In this document: piece by piece, positions 23,476-34,331 of the stretch | How positions within the stretch are numbered: the first letter of the stretch is position 1 | Layout of the letters: each line of letters begins with the position of its first letter | NCBI GenBank assembly: GCA_965202625.1 | Contig: CBDBBI010000010.1 | Span: 928,001 to 992,000, forward strand | Reading direction: 5' to 3' | Length of the DNA: 64,000 nucleotides | Origin: a bacterium | GTDB lineage: Bacteria > UBA8248 | Program-made: the position numbers and the translations under genes | Notes under the pieces: generated by a model | Database searches by the model: none | Seen by the model: the letters and a program-made list of their open reading frames with translations, nothing else | What the model was told of the DNA's origin: nothing

Positions 23476-24867
23476 CTAGGCAGAAATGCCTTGCGCCTTG
23501 GCGACAAGCTCCATCACTTCGGAGATACCGCTTAGATTTTCCAAATCCCTCACACGCTGAATGAGCAAATCCCCCACTTCCCTATCAAGCACTGGGGCCG
23601 TCATTACATGGAATCTTTCGATCAGTTCATCCCACGTCAACGGGTTTCGTGAATCTCCTTTGGGATAATCCTGATGCGCTTCAAAAACACCGTGATAGGT
23701 CTCGATCTTAACGTGTGCTTGCCATTTATCCGGAAATTCTTTTTCCATTTCCGCATCACCATAGCACTCAACTTTCTTGATGATAGAGGAATGTACCTGG
23801 GAGCGGAGAAAATCGTCCGTATATTCATCAAGCCCGGCAGCGCGCCTGAGAATCGCCACCGCCACGGCGTATTGAAGGCTGAACTGCGCGTCAACAATGT
23901 TTTGTGGGTTCGTCTTCATATCATAGGGTTCGATGACCACCATCACACTGGTCTCGGGAACTCGAACCTGCACTCGCGTAACTTCCTCAGGCTTGATGTC
24001 GTGTGCCTTACAAGCTTCAATCGTTGCGTCAATCGGCGCATGGTTGTACCGGCAGCAAGCATAGGGCTTTATCGCAGTCTCACAAATTTCCCAATATTCG
24101 CCTAAATGCTCCACCACGTACGCAGCCGTATAATCATCGCTATGGCTATGCAAAAACCCCGTTTTTCCACCCAAAATATCTTCTGGTCCCGTATAGCCTT
24201 CCTGGGCCAAATAGGCGGCGATGACGCCACTGTGCGCGGCCCATCCCGGATGAAACCTTTTCGTCCAGGCGCCATTATCCAGATATTGCATCGACCCCGC
24301 TGCCTGGCTACCCGAGATGCCCATCGCATTAGCGGTGGCCTCGACCGATAACCCCAAAAGCTTCGATGCCGTAATAGCGGCTGCGAACGCGCCACACGTG
24401 CCCGTGGGGTGGAACCCGCGCTCATAGTGACTCGTTGGGTTGACGGCGTTTCCTATGCGGTTGGTCACCTCATAACCCGCGACGATGGCAGCGATTACTC
24501 TTTTGAGATCAGGGCGATACGCCTCAGCGACCGCTAAAGTGCTGGGCATGACGCTCACCGCAGGATGAAGGCTTGAGCGCGTGGTCACATCGTCCATTTC
24601 GGTGGCGTGGCTCACGCCGCCGTTCACCAATGCGGCATAGGGGGCGTCGGTTTTCAAATCTGCTCCAATAATGGTGCATGGGCCGCCTCTTGGAGCGCGC
24701 TTTTTTGCGAAATTGTGAAATACGCGAGAGCTTGCCGCTTCCACCGCTCTCAACGTAACGCCCAGATGATCCAGTAAAAAATACTTCGCTCTCTCTCTTG
24801 CCTCATCAGGGAGAGAATCATAAGTAATCGCGTGAGCGTGCTCCACAAGCGTTCGGCTGATATTCAC
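23476..24867 (-). CDS. MmgE/PrpD family protein
   Basis: AALVNG..SHATEMDD, SLHP, GYEV, GFHPTG, KPYACCRYNH, AQFSLQY, KGDSRNPL. Confidence 0.92.
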   Translation of the reverse strand: MNISRTLVEHAHAITYDSLPDEARERAKYFLLDHLGVTLRAVEAASSRVFHNFAKKRAPRGGPCTIIGADLKTDAPYAALVNGGVSHATEMDDVTTRSSLHPAVSVMPSTLAVAEAYRPDLKRVIAAIVAGYEVTNRIGNAVNPTSHYERGFHPTGTCGAFAAAITASKLLGLSVEATANAMGISGSQAAGSMQYLDNGAWTKRFHPGWAAHSGVIAAYLAQEGYTGPEDILGGKTGFLHSHSDDYTAAYVVEHLGEYWEICETAIKPYACCRYNHAPIDATIEACKAHDIKPEEVTRVQVRVPETSVMVVIEPYDMKTNPQNIVDAQFSLQYAVAVAILRRAAGLDEYTDDFLRSQVHSSIIKKVECYGDAEMEKEFPDKWQAHVKIETYHGVFEAHQDYPKGDSRNPLTWDELIERFHVMTAPVLDREVGDLLIQRVRDLENLSGISEVMELVAKAQGISA

Positions 24868-25071
24868 TTCAACTTCTCCTATGGCTGAAAGTTGGTCTTA
24901 TGATCTTGAGAACCGAGCCTTTTCCTATGCCTAGGCGCTTTCGTCACATATTTTCTCTCAGAACAAGAGAGAAGACGCCACCCCGCCTCTTTAAAGTTAT
25001 GAATTTGTCAGCAGACAACGCTTGCGGGTAGAATGATTCGTAACTTCTATCTCCATCACACTGGAGACGAA

Positions 25072-25416
25072 ATGACATCTTGCGTTTTTTGCAAAATTGT
25101 GGCGGGTAATATCCCCTGCGAAAAAGTATATGAAGATGACGCTTTGCTTGCATTTGAAGACGCCAACCCGGTGGCGCCTGTCCACATTCTCATCGTCCCC
25201 AAAAAACACATCGAAACGCTCGGAGAAATAGACGAGACGCACAAAGAACTGATTGGCTCCATATTCGTTGCGGCAAACGAAATCACCTGCGAAAAAGGCG
25301 TGGCGCAAAAGGGTTTTCGCATCGTCGCCAACTGCGGAGAAAACGGAGGACAAACCGTCTTCCACATTCACTATCACCTTTTAGGCGGGCGCCAGATGAA
25401 ATGGCCGCCAGGCTAG
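25072..25416 (+). CDS. histidine triad nucleotide-binding protein (HinT)
   Basis: CVFCKI, PVAPVHILIVPKKH, GQTVFHIHYHLLGGRQMKWPPG. Confidence 0.93.
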   Translation: MTSCVFCKIVAGNIPCEKVYEDDALLAFEDANPVAPVHILIVPKKHIETLGEIDETHKELIGSIFVAANEITCEKGVAQKGFRIVANCGENGGQTVFHIHYHLLGGRQMKWPPG

Positions 25417-25463
25417 AAGCCGCACCTTGCGTGAAGTCTGAACGAAGCCGCCCCCATAAACCC

Positions 25464-26087
25464 CTACATCAATCGAAAGCGTCGCTCCATGGCGCGGTGC
25501 CATTTACTTGATTGATCGTCATCAAACAAAATATCCTGATCCGCAGGTGCCGTGTACCAATCTCCGCGCCTCATCTCGCCCCAAAGTTGTCCAGCCCCCC
25601 AACCGGCGTAGCCCACGGCGAAAATCATTTTATCAGGCCGCCTGCCCGCAGCGATGGCCTTTAGCACAACATCCATCGGGCTAATCGCCAGGTTCTCTCC
25701 CATTTCATAGACGGCGTCTATTTTGTGTTCCGTCGTGTGTATTACAAATCCAGAATTGGGCGACACGGGTCCGCCGTAGTGAATATCCACTTCGCCCATG
25801 TCTTGAGACGCCCTTATTCCGAAACGTGCGTAAAGCTTCGAAAGCGATATCTTGCGCGCGACGCGGTTTAATATCAGTCCCAAAGCCCCTCTTTCGTTGT
25901 GCCTCATCAGAAGGACGACGCTCTGGCGAAAGCGGCTGTCCGGCATATCGGGACGCGCGACCAGCAGTTTCCCCTCGTGATAGCCAAAGAGGGGGAGATA
26001 CGCCCCTTCGGTGTTCGCGCTTCGACCCTGAGCGAGCGCCGACGCGAAGAAAAACGACAAGATAAAGAGGAGAACGATTCGCTTCAT
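25464..26087 (-). CDS. YqgE/AlgH (UPF0301) family protein with signal peptide
   Basis: GKLLVARPDMPDSRFRQSVVL, GALGLILNR, GGPV, GYAGWGAGQL..E. Confidence 0.88.
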   Translation of the reverse strand: MKRIVLLFILSFFFASALAQGRSANTEGAYLPLFGYHEGKLLVARPDMPDSRFRQSVVLLMRHNERGALGLILNRVARKISLSKLYARFGIRASQDMGEVDIHYGGPVSPNSGFVIHTTEHKIDAVYEMGENLAISPMDVVLKAIAAGRRPDKMIFAVGYAGWGAGQLWGEMRRGDWYTAPADQDILFDDDQSSKWHRAMERRFRLM

Positions 26088-26088
26088 T

Positions 26089-27159
26089 CTATGCCACCCA
26101 GCCGCCACCATAAAGCACATCGCCGGAGTAGAAAACGGCTGCCTGCCCTGGAGCCACAGCGCCCAGACATGCTGGAGCATCGGGCCTCACTTCAGCGCTC
26201 CTATCGTCTTTCGGCGTCACGACGCAGACGGCTGCACGGCCTCGATGCCGCACCTGTACCTCCAGACGCCGCGCGGATTCGGGGGGAATCGACCAACACA
26301 CGTCCTTGACGAGAAAAACCTCGCGCGCCAGGGCCTCGCGCTCGCCCACCACGACGGCGGCCGAGTTTGATTTGAGCTCCACCACATAGCGTGGCGGACC
26401 TCCCCCCAAATCAAGACCTCGCCTTTGTCCCACCGTGAAGTTAACCACCCCCCCGTGCCTGCCCAGCACGTTGCCCTCCAAATCCACGATATCGCCCGGC
26501 CTGTCGGTGCCCGGCTTCTCCTCCTTGAGAAAGGCGCGGTAATCACCCTTGGGCACGAAACAAATCTCCTGACTTTCGGGCTTCTCCGCGGTGGAGAGGC
26601 CAAGGCTTCTGGCGTATTCCCTCGTTTGCTCTTTGGTGAACCCCCCCAAAGGAAACATCGCGCGCGCGAGTTGCTCCTGCGTCATGCCGAAGAGGAAATA
26701 GGTTTGGTCCTTCTCCCTGTCCTCGCTTCTCGCGACGCTCAGGCGGCCAGCGACCTCCACACGCCTGGCGTAATGGCCGGTGGCGAGCAGTTCCACGCCA
26801 AACCCCCTGGCACGCTCCGCCAAGTAGTCGAACTTCACCACCTGGTTGCACACCACGCACGGCACAGGCGTCCTACCACGTTCGTACTCGGAGATGAAAT
26901 TCTCGATCACGCTCTCTTGGAAGGATGCGCGCATGTCCATCACATAGAAAGGAATGCGGAGTTGGGCCGCCACGGCACGCGCGTCGGCTAGATCACGTGG
27001 GGCACAGCAACCCCGATGAAAAGACTCCTGGGCAGGCCTGTCGGCAAGCCGCAAACCTACGCCGATCGCCTCGTAACCCCTCTCCACCAGCAGGGCGGCG
27101 GCAACCGAACTATCCACGCCACCACTCATCGCTACTACCACACGCTGTGCCATCATCAC
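26089..27159 (-). CDS. mnmA: tRNA 2-thiouridine synthase MnmA
   Basis: VAMSGGVDSS, TPVPCVVCN, ATGHYA, KDQTYFL, ESQEICF, FTVGQRRGL, PGQAAVFY. Confidence 0.96.
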   Translation of the reverse strand: MMMAQRVVVAMSGGVDSSVAAALLVERGYEAIGVGLRLADRPAQESFHRGCCAPRDLADARAVAAQLRIPFYVMDMRASFQESVIENFISEYERGRTPVPCVVCNQVVKFDYLAERARGFGVELLATGHYARRVEVAGRLSVARSEDREKDQTYFLFGMTQEQLARAMFPLGGFTKEQTREYARSLGLSTAEKPESQEICFVPKGDYRAFLKEEKPGTDRPGDIVDLEGNVLGRHGGVVNFTVGQRRGLDLGGGPPRYVVELKSNSAAVVVGEREALAREVFLVKDVCWSIPPESARRLEVQVRHRGRAAVCVVTPKDDRSAEVRPDAPACLGAVAPGQAAVFYSGDVLYGGGWVA

Positions 27160-27632
27160 CTCAAAAGGCGCCCGCTCAATACCCGCTTCCGTTATACACC
27201 ACCCGTTCGGCCCGGGGCTAGAAAGCGTGAAGAAGGGACAGTCGAAGGCCTAGGGAGACGAGGCGGTGCCTTAAAGCCGGGGTCAGTCCGCGCGGGAGCT
27301 CCTCCTAGAAAGGAAAACACTCTTCGGAAGAGAGATGTCTCCCCAGCCGATAAGAGGGGAATAGCTCCAATGGAGAGGGATGGAATTACGGGCCTGTATG
27401 GAGTCAAACACGACGCGCGCCGCCACGGCATCCGTCCGCCTTTCGTTTTTGACCGTCATTCCACAGGGTTTCGATACAGAATCCAGGGATTTTGTCTTTT
27501 CACCTCGGCTCGGCCTTCACCCGCTAACACTTGATGATAGCCCCGGGACCGTCCGCATCCGATCTACAAGGCAAGCGTGGATCGATGTGTTTGCGACACC
27601 AGCCAGTCCCACGGTTGCTATCACCGCGCTAT

Positions 27633-28415
27633 CTATCCCGCGGTATAGCCGCCGTCGGCATACAGAACTTGGCCCGTATAGAAATCCGACGCTCGCGATA
27701 CGAGGAACAGGAGCGGACCAGACAGATCCTCCGGTTCGCCTAGCCGGCCCTTGGGAATCCGAGACACGATCCCCTTGCGCATCCTGACCGCCTCCGGCGT
27801 GTCGCTGAACATCCAGGAGGTCAAGGAAGAACGAAAGACAGTCGGCGCAATCGCGTTGACAGTGATCCCCGTCGGACCCAGTTCGCAGCCCAATGCCTTG
27901 GTGATTCCGTCGACCGCCGCCTTGGAGGCGCAATAGGCAGTATAACCGGCGGGATGGCCAAGCAGCCCGCGCGTCGACGAAACGAGGACGATCTTGCCGC
28001 CGCCCTGCGCCTTCATTTGCCGGGTTGCGGCGCGGGCCAGCAACCAGGACTGGGTCACGTTAGCGTCCATGATATCCGCGAATGTATCGAGCGCCATCTG
28101 TTCAATCCCTACCACCTTGTTCATTCCCGACGCGACGACCAGAATGTCGAGGCGGCCATAGGCTTCAACGGCTTTCTTTACTATAGCGTCGACCGCTGCC
28201 TCCGAATTCGGACGCGCGTTCACCGTGTCGACCTCGGCCCCTAGTTCCCGACACTTGCCCGCTACAGCCTCCAGCGCGTTCGAACTACCCGCAACCAGAG
28301 TAAGCCGGCATCCGGCCCCGGCTAGGGTCCGCGCGGCGACCGCCCCTAAAGCACCAGACGCGCCGGTGATCAAGGCAGAGTTTCCGCTGACGTCAAAAAT
28401 TTCTAACGGTTTCAT
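27633..28415 (-). CDS. SDR family oxidoreductase
   Basis: TGASGALG, YCASK, VNAIAPT, YADGGYTAG. Confidence 0.9.
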   Translation of the reverse strand: MKPLEIFDVSGNSALITGASGALGAVAARTLAGAGCRLTLVAGSSNALEAVAGKCRELGAEVDTVNARPNSEAAVDAIVKKAVEAYGRLDILVVASGMNKVVGIEQMALDTFADIMDANVTQSWLLARAATRQMKAQGGGKIVLVSSTRGLLGHPAGYTAYCASKAAVDGITKALGCELGPTGITVNAIAPTVFRSSLTSWMFSDTPEAVRMRKGIVSRIPKGRLGEPEDLSGPLLFLVSRASDFYTGQVLYADGGYTAG

Positions 28416-28499
28416 GTCGCGCTATCCACATAGGCGCTCATCTGCCGGCGTGAAACAAGATGAAGTCGGCTCATACTAGGTATCAAGCGATTGCAATGT

Positions 28500-28813
28500 C
28501 AAGAATGTCGCAAGTATATCTATTTCCCAAGAACTTCGCCTTCCTGAAGCTGTGTTATACGAAATTTCCTCCCCCTGGAAAATCCAATCTCCAACGAGTC
28601 AAATCGACTGGAAAAGAAGGGGCAAGAACCCACCTCTCCACCAGCACCATGCAGCATACACTTTCGTCGTCATGGAGTTCGGCCATCACGTCCTCCAAAG
28701 CGCCACTTCGCCTTGCTCAGCACATTCAAGTAAGCTCTTACGGCTAGTTCCAATCTGATGGTGACAATGTCGCCTGTGCGTTTAGCCAGAATGGCATTTG
28801 CATCGACAGACAC
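28500..28813 (-). pseudogene. eroded enoyl-CoA hydratase/crotonase N-terminal remnant
   Basis: Manual translation across a frameshift: VSVDANAILAKRTGDIVTIRL...LNVLSKAKWR / ALEDVMAELHDDESVCCMVL, resembling crotonase N-termini. Confidence 0.45.
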
Positions 28814-28952
28814 AAGCACCGTGCGTCTCCCCACCTCGGCGCGGTTTCCTGCCGCGCCTTTTTATCTATGGTATAGTTGCGGCAAGAAAAAACCGTGCGC
28901 CGCTCTACCTAGTCGGCCGCAACCTATTCGGAGAAAAGACTTGACGCAAGGC

Positions 28953-29867
28953 ATGAGACCTACTGACCGCCTCCCCTATTCGGCCATCATCGATCGCAAG
29001 CCGCTGAAACTGCCCGACGGCGCGCGTGTAGTGCTCTGGCCAGTCTTGGCACTTGAAGTGTGGGACATTATCCGGCCAATGGCGCGCATGGCGATACCCC
29101 CGCCCCAGGGGGTACCCATGCTCCCCGATCATCCGAACTGGAGCTGGCACGAATACGGCATGCGGGTCGGCGTGTGGCGTATCAAACACATGCTTGATGC
29201 ACTGGATATACGCCCGACGGTTACTCTGAATGCCCGTACCTGCCTAGAATATCCGCACGTCGCAGAGGCGTGTCTGAAGGCGGGTTGGGAATTTAACGCC
29301 CATTCTTTCGAACAAGTGCCAATGCACAAGCTCGACGACGAACGCGCGGTGATCAACCAATGCATGACCGTGATCAAGGATTTCACCGGTAAAAAGCCGC
29401 GTGGTTGGTTCGGTCCGGGACTGACCCAGACATACCAAACACTGGATTTTCTTGCCGAGGCCGGCATCGAATATATCGGCGACTGGGCCCTCGACGACCA
29501 GCCGGTACATTTGAATACGACGGTCGGAAAATCGGTCGTCGCGCTACCCTACAACTATGAGCTCCATGACATTGTGATAATGGCAATCCAGCACCACACG
29601 TCCGAAGTCTTCCGCGACCGGGCACTCGACTACTTCGAGACTATCTACGCCGAAAGCCACGAATCCACCAAAGTGATGTCAATCGCTATGCACCCTTATC
29701 TGTCAGGCTCGCCGCACCGGATAAAATATGTGCGTGAAACCTTCGAACACATTTTATCCAAACCGGGAGTAATATGCTGGGACGGCGAGCAGATACTCGA
29801 CTGGTTCTTAAAAGAACGCCCGGTGCCGAAGCCCCGGAAAAGCCGCGCCAAAAGTAAAAGGGGATAG
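28953..29867 (+). CDS. polysaccharide deacetylase family protein (PuuE/allantoinase-like, CE4)
   Basis: YSAIIDRKPLKLPDGAR, WSWHEYGMRVGVWR, PRGWFGPGL, DDQP, MHPYLSG.PHR. Confidence 0.88.
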   Translation: MRPTDRLPYSAIIDRKPLKLPDGARVVLWPVLALEVWDIIRPMARMAIPPPQGVPMLPDHPNWSWHEYGMRVGVWRIKHMLDALDIRPTVTLNARTCLEYPHVAEACLKAGWEFNAHSFEQVPMHKLDDERAVINQCMTVIKDFTGKKPRGWFGPGLTQTYQTLDFLAEAGIEYIGDWALDDQPVHLNTTVGKSVVALPYNYELHDIVIMAIQHHTSEVFRDRALDYFETIYAESHESTKVMSIAMHPYLSGSPHRIKYVRETFEHILSKPGVICWDGEQILDWFLKERPVPKPRKSRAKSKRG

Positions 29868-30082
29868 AACGGATCCGGAGAGGATTTACGTACCCGATAC
29901 CGACATTGCCGATTATATCAACAAGACGCGCCGACAAGCGGGCATAGGCGGCTTCGTTGAGCGAGCACGACGGCAAGATGGTCGGGTTCCGCAGTGCGGA
30001 CCGCCACGACAAGTTCGATACTGCCATGGGGCCGGGACCCTACGCATTCACCTGCCTCACCGGGGCCGCCCGCATCAAACGG

Positions 30083-31486
30083 CTACGCCAAGTGGGAATG
30101 GCTCACCGGCCCTGCCAACGCTAAAGTGAGGGAGGGGACGTCCTCCGCCTCGTTCAAGTTTCGCCAGACGCTCCAGGCAGCGCGAGCTTTTTCGGGGGGC
30201 AAAGCGGCAGCGCATTCTAGGAATTTCTCTTTGAGTTCAAGCGTCGTGAGAGGATTTTCGATGTGCCCGCGCGCATGGGCGAAAGACTGCCGCAGTTCCC
30301 GACCATCCTTCAATTTCAGCCAGACTTCCGTGGTTTCCGTCTCCGGGTTCTCGAGCGCGAGATTCTCATCCAAGTCGAACGCCACCATCTTTTGGAGGGC
30401 GGCGATATCGGGGCGGCGGACACTTTCCTCCTCGAACTGACGAATCCCCACCTTGCGATCTACAAGAGCGGAAGCCAGGCAGAACGGCATGGAGAATTTT
30501 CCCTCCAAACTCGTCGTCGCCTCCCTGTAGCGCAGCACCTTGAGGGTCATCGTCGACGCACGCGCGCCGAGGGCTGCCACGTCGGTGGCCTTGACGTTCT
30601 CGCGCTCCGCCAGATCGAGCATGGCATCTATGCCCGGGTGCGTCATGGAGCAGCAAGGGTGGATCTTCACGCAAACGCCCTCCTCCACGTCCCAGGGCGG
30701 CCCCCAAGGTTCAACCGCGCGCTCCCAGTCTGCGAATTCGTGCGCTTTTGGCCCCGTGTCATCGGCCGCCATGGCTGTCGTAAAGCCTGTCTCGAGCGCA
30801 TCGTCGGCCGCGATGAAACCTCCCTCGGCCAGTTTCGCGGCGACTACCCCCGAGCGCGCGGCATGGCCGGCGTGAAAGGGCTTCGCCATCGTGCCAAAGT
30901 TCGCGACCAGCCCGGCTGCTTGGCACGCGCCGAGGCTGAGCGCACTTCGGGTTCGCTCCACATTCAGCCCGAGCAGGTACGCGCAGGCGCCCGCGGCGCC
31001 GACCGCGCCGAGCGTGGCCGTAGCGTGAAAGCCCCGGCGGTAGTGCTGCGGATTCATCGCGCGGCCCAGGACACGCAACACCTCAAAGCCTATCGCGTAG
31101 GACTCGAGTATCCTCGGACCAGCGATTCTCCTCTCCTCCGCCAGCGCGATGATGGCAGGCATCAGGGTAACGCTCGGATGGCCCAGCATGATGAAGTCCA
31201 CGTCGTCAAAATCAAGCGCGTGTCCGGCCACCCCGTTCACAAAAGCGGCCCAGGAGGCGCTCGTCCTCTCCGCGCCGCCGATCAGGCGAGCAGCCGGAGC
31301 GCCACCCTCTGAAATCGCCAGTCGATGCGCCAGCCTGGCGCACTCCTCATCCCGACCCGCCAGAATCACGCCCAGCGTATCGAGCATGGCGTCTCTCGCC
31401 CGCCTGCGCGCCCTCTCGCCTATATCGGAGGGGCGGGTCACCGCGATTCGTGTCGCCAGTTCGTGTGTGGCCGGGTAGATCATCAA
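30083..31486 (-). CDS. MmgE/PrpD family protein
   Basis: AFVNGVAGHALDFDD, GHPS, GFHAT, KPFHAG, KIHPCC, GKFSMPF. Confidence 0.92.
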   Translation of the reverse strand: MMIYPATHELATRIAVTRPSDIGERARRRARDAMLDTLGVILAGRDEECARLAHRLAISEGGAPAARLIGGAERTSASWAAFVNGVAGHALDFDDVDFIMLGHPSVTLMPAIIALAEERRIAGPRILESYAIGFEVLRVLGRAMNPQHYRRGFHATATLGAVGAAGACAYLLGLNVERTRSALSLGACQAAGLVANFGTMAKPFHAGHAARSGVVAAKLAEGGFIAADDALETGFTTAMAADDTGPKAHEFADWERAVEPWGPPWDVEEGVCVKIHPCCSMTHPGIDAMLDLAERENVKATDVAALGARASTMTLKVLRYREATTSLEGKFSMPFCLASALVDRKVGIRQFEEESVRRPDIAALQKMVAFDLDENLALENPETETTEVWLKLKDGRELRQSFAHARGHIENPLTTLELKEKFLECAAALPPEKARAAWSVWRNLNEAEDVPSLTLALAGPVSHSHLA

Positions 31487-31589
31487 GAGATTCCTCTCGT
31501 GCGGATGAACCCTAGGAAACCAAGATATAATTGAGCATTACGCCATTTCGAGATGCTTTACCGTCATTGTTTTCCACGAATCCACTATC

Positions 31590-31839
31590 TTACGAACACT
31601 CACTATCCTGCGGTGTATTCTCTAATCGAGTTGCAATACGAACCAAACCATCATTATCTAAAATTTGAATGTTTCCAGTGCTAGGAACAATTCTGTATTT
31701 ATCACCAGAACGACTTCTCACCACTTTATAAATGTCGCCCCCCATTTCCTGAAGTTGAGCAGTGTGCAAACTCCCATCCTTGAAATACGAGCACAGCGAC
31801 AACCGAAAACACTGTCCCAATCCTTTTAAGAAATTTCAT
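31590..31839 (-). pseudogene. AT-rich disrupted exported-protein gene
   Basis: RBS plus MKFLKRIGTVFSVVAVLVF (signal-like) stops after 37 aa. A downstream segment (GDIYKVV...IQILDNDGLVRIA...ECS*) lies in another frame. Confidence 0.45.
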
Positions 31840-32165
31840 ATACACGATCCCCCCCTTTACTCATCCGAAGCAATCTTTTTTTCGAGGGGTGGGAGCTTCG
31901 CCCCACTACCCAAACTCAAAACCCCAGAATGCACTCGCAAGCGATTTGCAAGAAATATCAAAGCACTCCCTACCTCTAAAACGAAATCCAAAAACGCCGT
32001 TGGGAAGATAACCGCGCTCTCTACCAATTCTTTTATGAGAATCGAGACACGACGCGCAAAAACTACAAATGAAGTTTAATTGCGCTAAGGATTTTAGCCT
32101 CTAAACAAATCCGTGGGGCCGCTCCAAAGGACCTCCCCCACCGTTTCTCGTCGCTCACGCTTTCC

Positions 32166-33797
32166 TCAAATTCCGCGCGGTCGATCGAGGGCCGCTTTGC
32201 CCTTGCGCCCTTTACCCGCTTTTCTCATGTTCTCGGTCAATTTGAACTTGTTCACGGCGTTTAGAAAGGCCTTAGCTCCCGCCTCCACGGTGTCGACGCT
32301 CGCGCTGTGGCCGGCTATCTGCAAGCCTCCCTCGAATTCCACCATCATGTTAGCCTCCGCGAGCGCATCGCGGCCGCGGGTGACGGCGTTGACCGAGAAA
32401 TCCACCAAACGACATTCAAGGTTCACCACCCGACAGATGGCGTTGATGGCCGCGTCCACCGGTCCGCCGCCTTGGCTCACGTCGGAGTGCGTCTTCCCTC
32501 CTTCCTTGATCCGCACCGTGGCCGTGGCAGCCGGATGCGTGCCGGTGGAGGAGGTGACCTGCAAGAATTCGAGATCGTAGTAATTCTCCCCGCCACTCGC
32601 GCGGTTCTCTTGCAGGAGCGCCATCAAGTCCTCGTCATAGACCTCTTTCTTCTTGTCCGCCAGCTCGATGAAGCGCGCGTAGATGCTCGTGATGTCCTGA
32701 CGCGTCATCTTGAAGCCCAGCTGCTCGTAGCGCTTTCTCAGACCCGCGCGGCCGGAGTGCTTGCCGAGCACGAGGGTGTTTGAGGGTCTGCCCACGGACT
32801 TGGGCGTCATGATCTCGTAGGTGATCGCCTTGGAGATCACCCCGTGCTGATGGATGCCGGCTTCATGGGCGAAAGCGTTCTTGCCCACTACCGCCTTGTT
32901 CGGCTGCACGGGAACGCCCGTCATGGAGGTGAGGAGCCGGCTCGTGGGATAAATTTCGCGCGTCCTGACCCCCGATTTGTAGCGCAATTCGTCCGGCCGC
33001 GTGCTGATCGCCATCACAAACTCCTCGAGCGAGGCATTGCCAGCCCGCTCGCCGATGCCGTTAATGGTGCATTCCACCTGCCGGACGCCGGACTCTATCG
33101 CCACGATGCTGTTCGCCACGGCAAGTCCCAGGTCGTCGTGGCAGTGCGCGCTAAACACCACCTCGTCATGGCTCGGCACCTTTTCAAAAATGTGCTCCCA
33201 GAAACGTTTGAACTCGCTTGGGACGATGTAGCCCACCGTGTCGGGCAAGTTGATAGTCGTCGCGCCCTCCTCAATGGCGATCTTCACCGTCTCGGCCAGA
33301 AAGTCCCAATCCGAGCGTGTAGCGTCCTCCGCGCTCCATTCCACGTCCCTGCATAGCTTTCTCGCATGGCGCACCGAGGCGGCGATCTCCTTCAGGAGCG
33401 CCGTGCGCGTCATCTTAAGCTTGTGCTTGAGATGAATGTCGGAGGTGGCGATGAAAGTGTGTATTCTGGGTTTCTTCGCGTGACGCACCGCCTCCCAGCA
33501 GCGGCCAATGTCCTCGCGCGCAGAGCGCGAAAGACCAGCGACGATGGTCTTATTCACCACCTTGGCCACGTCGCGCACCGACTCGAACTCATCGTTCGAC
33601 GCAATGGGGAAGCCGGCTTCAATGACGTCCACACCGAGTTTTTCGAGTTGAATCGCTATCTGGACCTTCTGAAAATGATCCATGCTGCAACCGGGCGATT
33701 GCTCTCCGTCTCTGAGCGTGGTGTCAAATATGCGGATTCTGCTTGAGGCGCGGCCTCTAGATGGTTTCCTTTGGATTGTCACAGCTTCTCTCGCCAT
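32166..33797 (-). CDS. leuA: 2-isopropylmalate synthase
   Basis: IFDTTLRDGEQSPG, EAGFP, LPDTVG, HCHDDLGLAVANS, GIGERAGNA, AHEAGIHQ, regulatory GGGPVDA. Confidence 0.96.
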   Translation of the reverse strand: MAREAVTIQRKPSRGRASSRIRIFDTTLRDGEQSPGCSMDHFQKVQIAIQLEKLGVDVIEAGFPIASNDEFESVRDVAKVVNKTIVAGLSRSAREDIGRCWEAVRHAKKPRIHTFIATSDIHLKHKLKMTRTALLKEIAASVRHARKLCRDVEWSAEDATRSDWDFLAETVKIAIEEGATTINLPDTVGYIVPSEFKRFWEHIFEKVPSHDEVVFSAHCHDDLGLAVANSIVAIESGVRQVECTINGIGERAGNASLEEFVMAISTRPDELRYKSGVRTREIYPTSRLLTSMTGVPVQPNKAVVGKNAFAHEAGIHQHGVISKAITYEIMTPKSVGRPSNTLVLGKHSGRAGLRKRYEQLGFKMTRQDITSIYARFIELADKKKEVYDEDLMALLQENRASGGENYYDLEFLQVTSSTGTHPAATATVRIKEGGKTHSDVSQGGGPVDAAINAICRVVNLECRLVDFSVNAVTRGRDALAEANMMVEFEGGLQIAGHSASVDTVEAGAKAFLNAVNKFKLTENMRKAGKGRKGKAALDRPRGI

Positions 33798-34331
33798 GAG
33801 TGAAACGCTCCCCATGAATGTCGTTTGATTTGATTTCAATGGATACTCGCCTCGCCGGAGCGTGCGTCCATGATTCTGGCGGATGTCCTGGCGCAAGGCG
33901 GATAAACGCGGCGGTTTCCTAGAGAGGCAGTGGATGGCGGGGCGTTTTGAGCGCGCCCCAAGACCTCCCCCAATCCTGATGTACCATCTCGGCAAAACTC
34001 CATATCCACGACGTGAAGTGGGGGGGACAACGCGAAGACAATGCCCGCGCGATCCTCGAAAAGCACTCTCCCTTATCAATTATGCGGTCGTCTAGGTCAA
34101 GCCCCTCTTTCGTTTTTTTCTCTATTTCAAGGAAATTTCTAAGGATAAAAATCGAAATTTTGAATTTACTGCGCGGCGCGCGGATGGGTTTCATCCGTCC
34201 GGCGAACGGACGTGCAACCGCTTTCAGGATTTTGAGGGATTCTCGAGGAGAAGGAGTCTAGATCTCCGAGACCTGTCGTGCACGATGGCGGCCCATCGGC
34301 CTGGCGCAAAGCAGGGGGATGCGCTTCCAGG

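Noticed and set aside
27160-27632. Purine-rich spacer as a possible riboswitch, 6S RNA or RNase P RNA
   Set aside because: No diagnostic conserved motif recognised by eye; an Rfam scan would be needed.
33798-34079. N-terminal extension of leuA or a leucine attenuator
   Set aside because: The extension has no family similarity, and no Leu-rich leader peptide with terminator was found.
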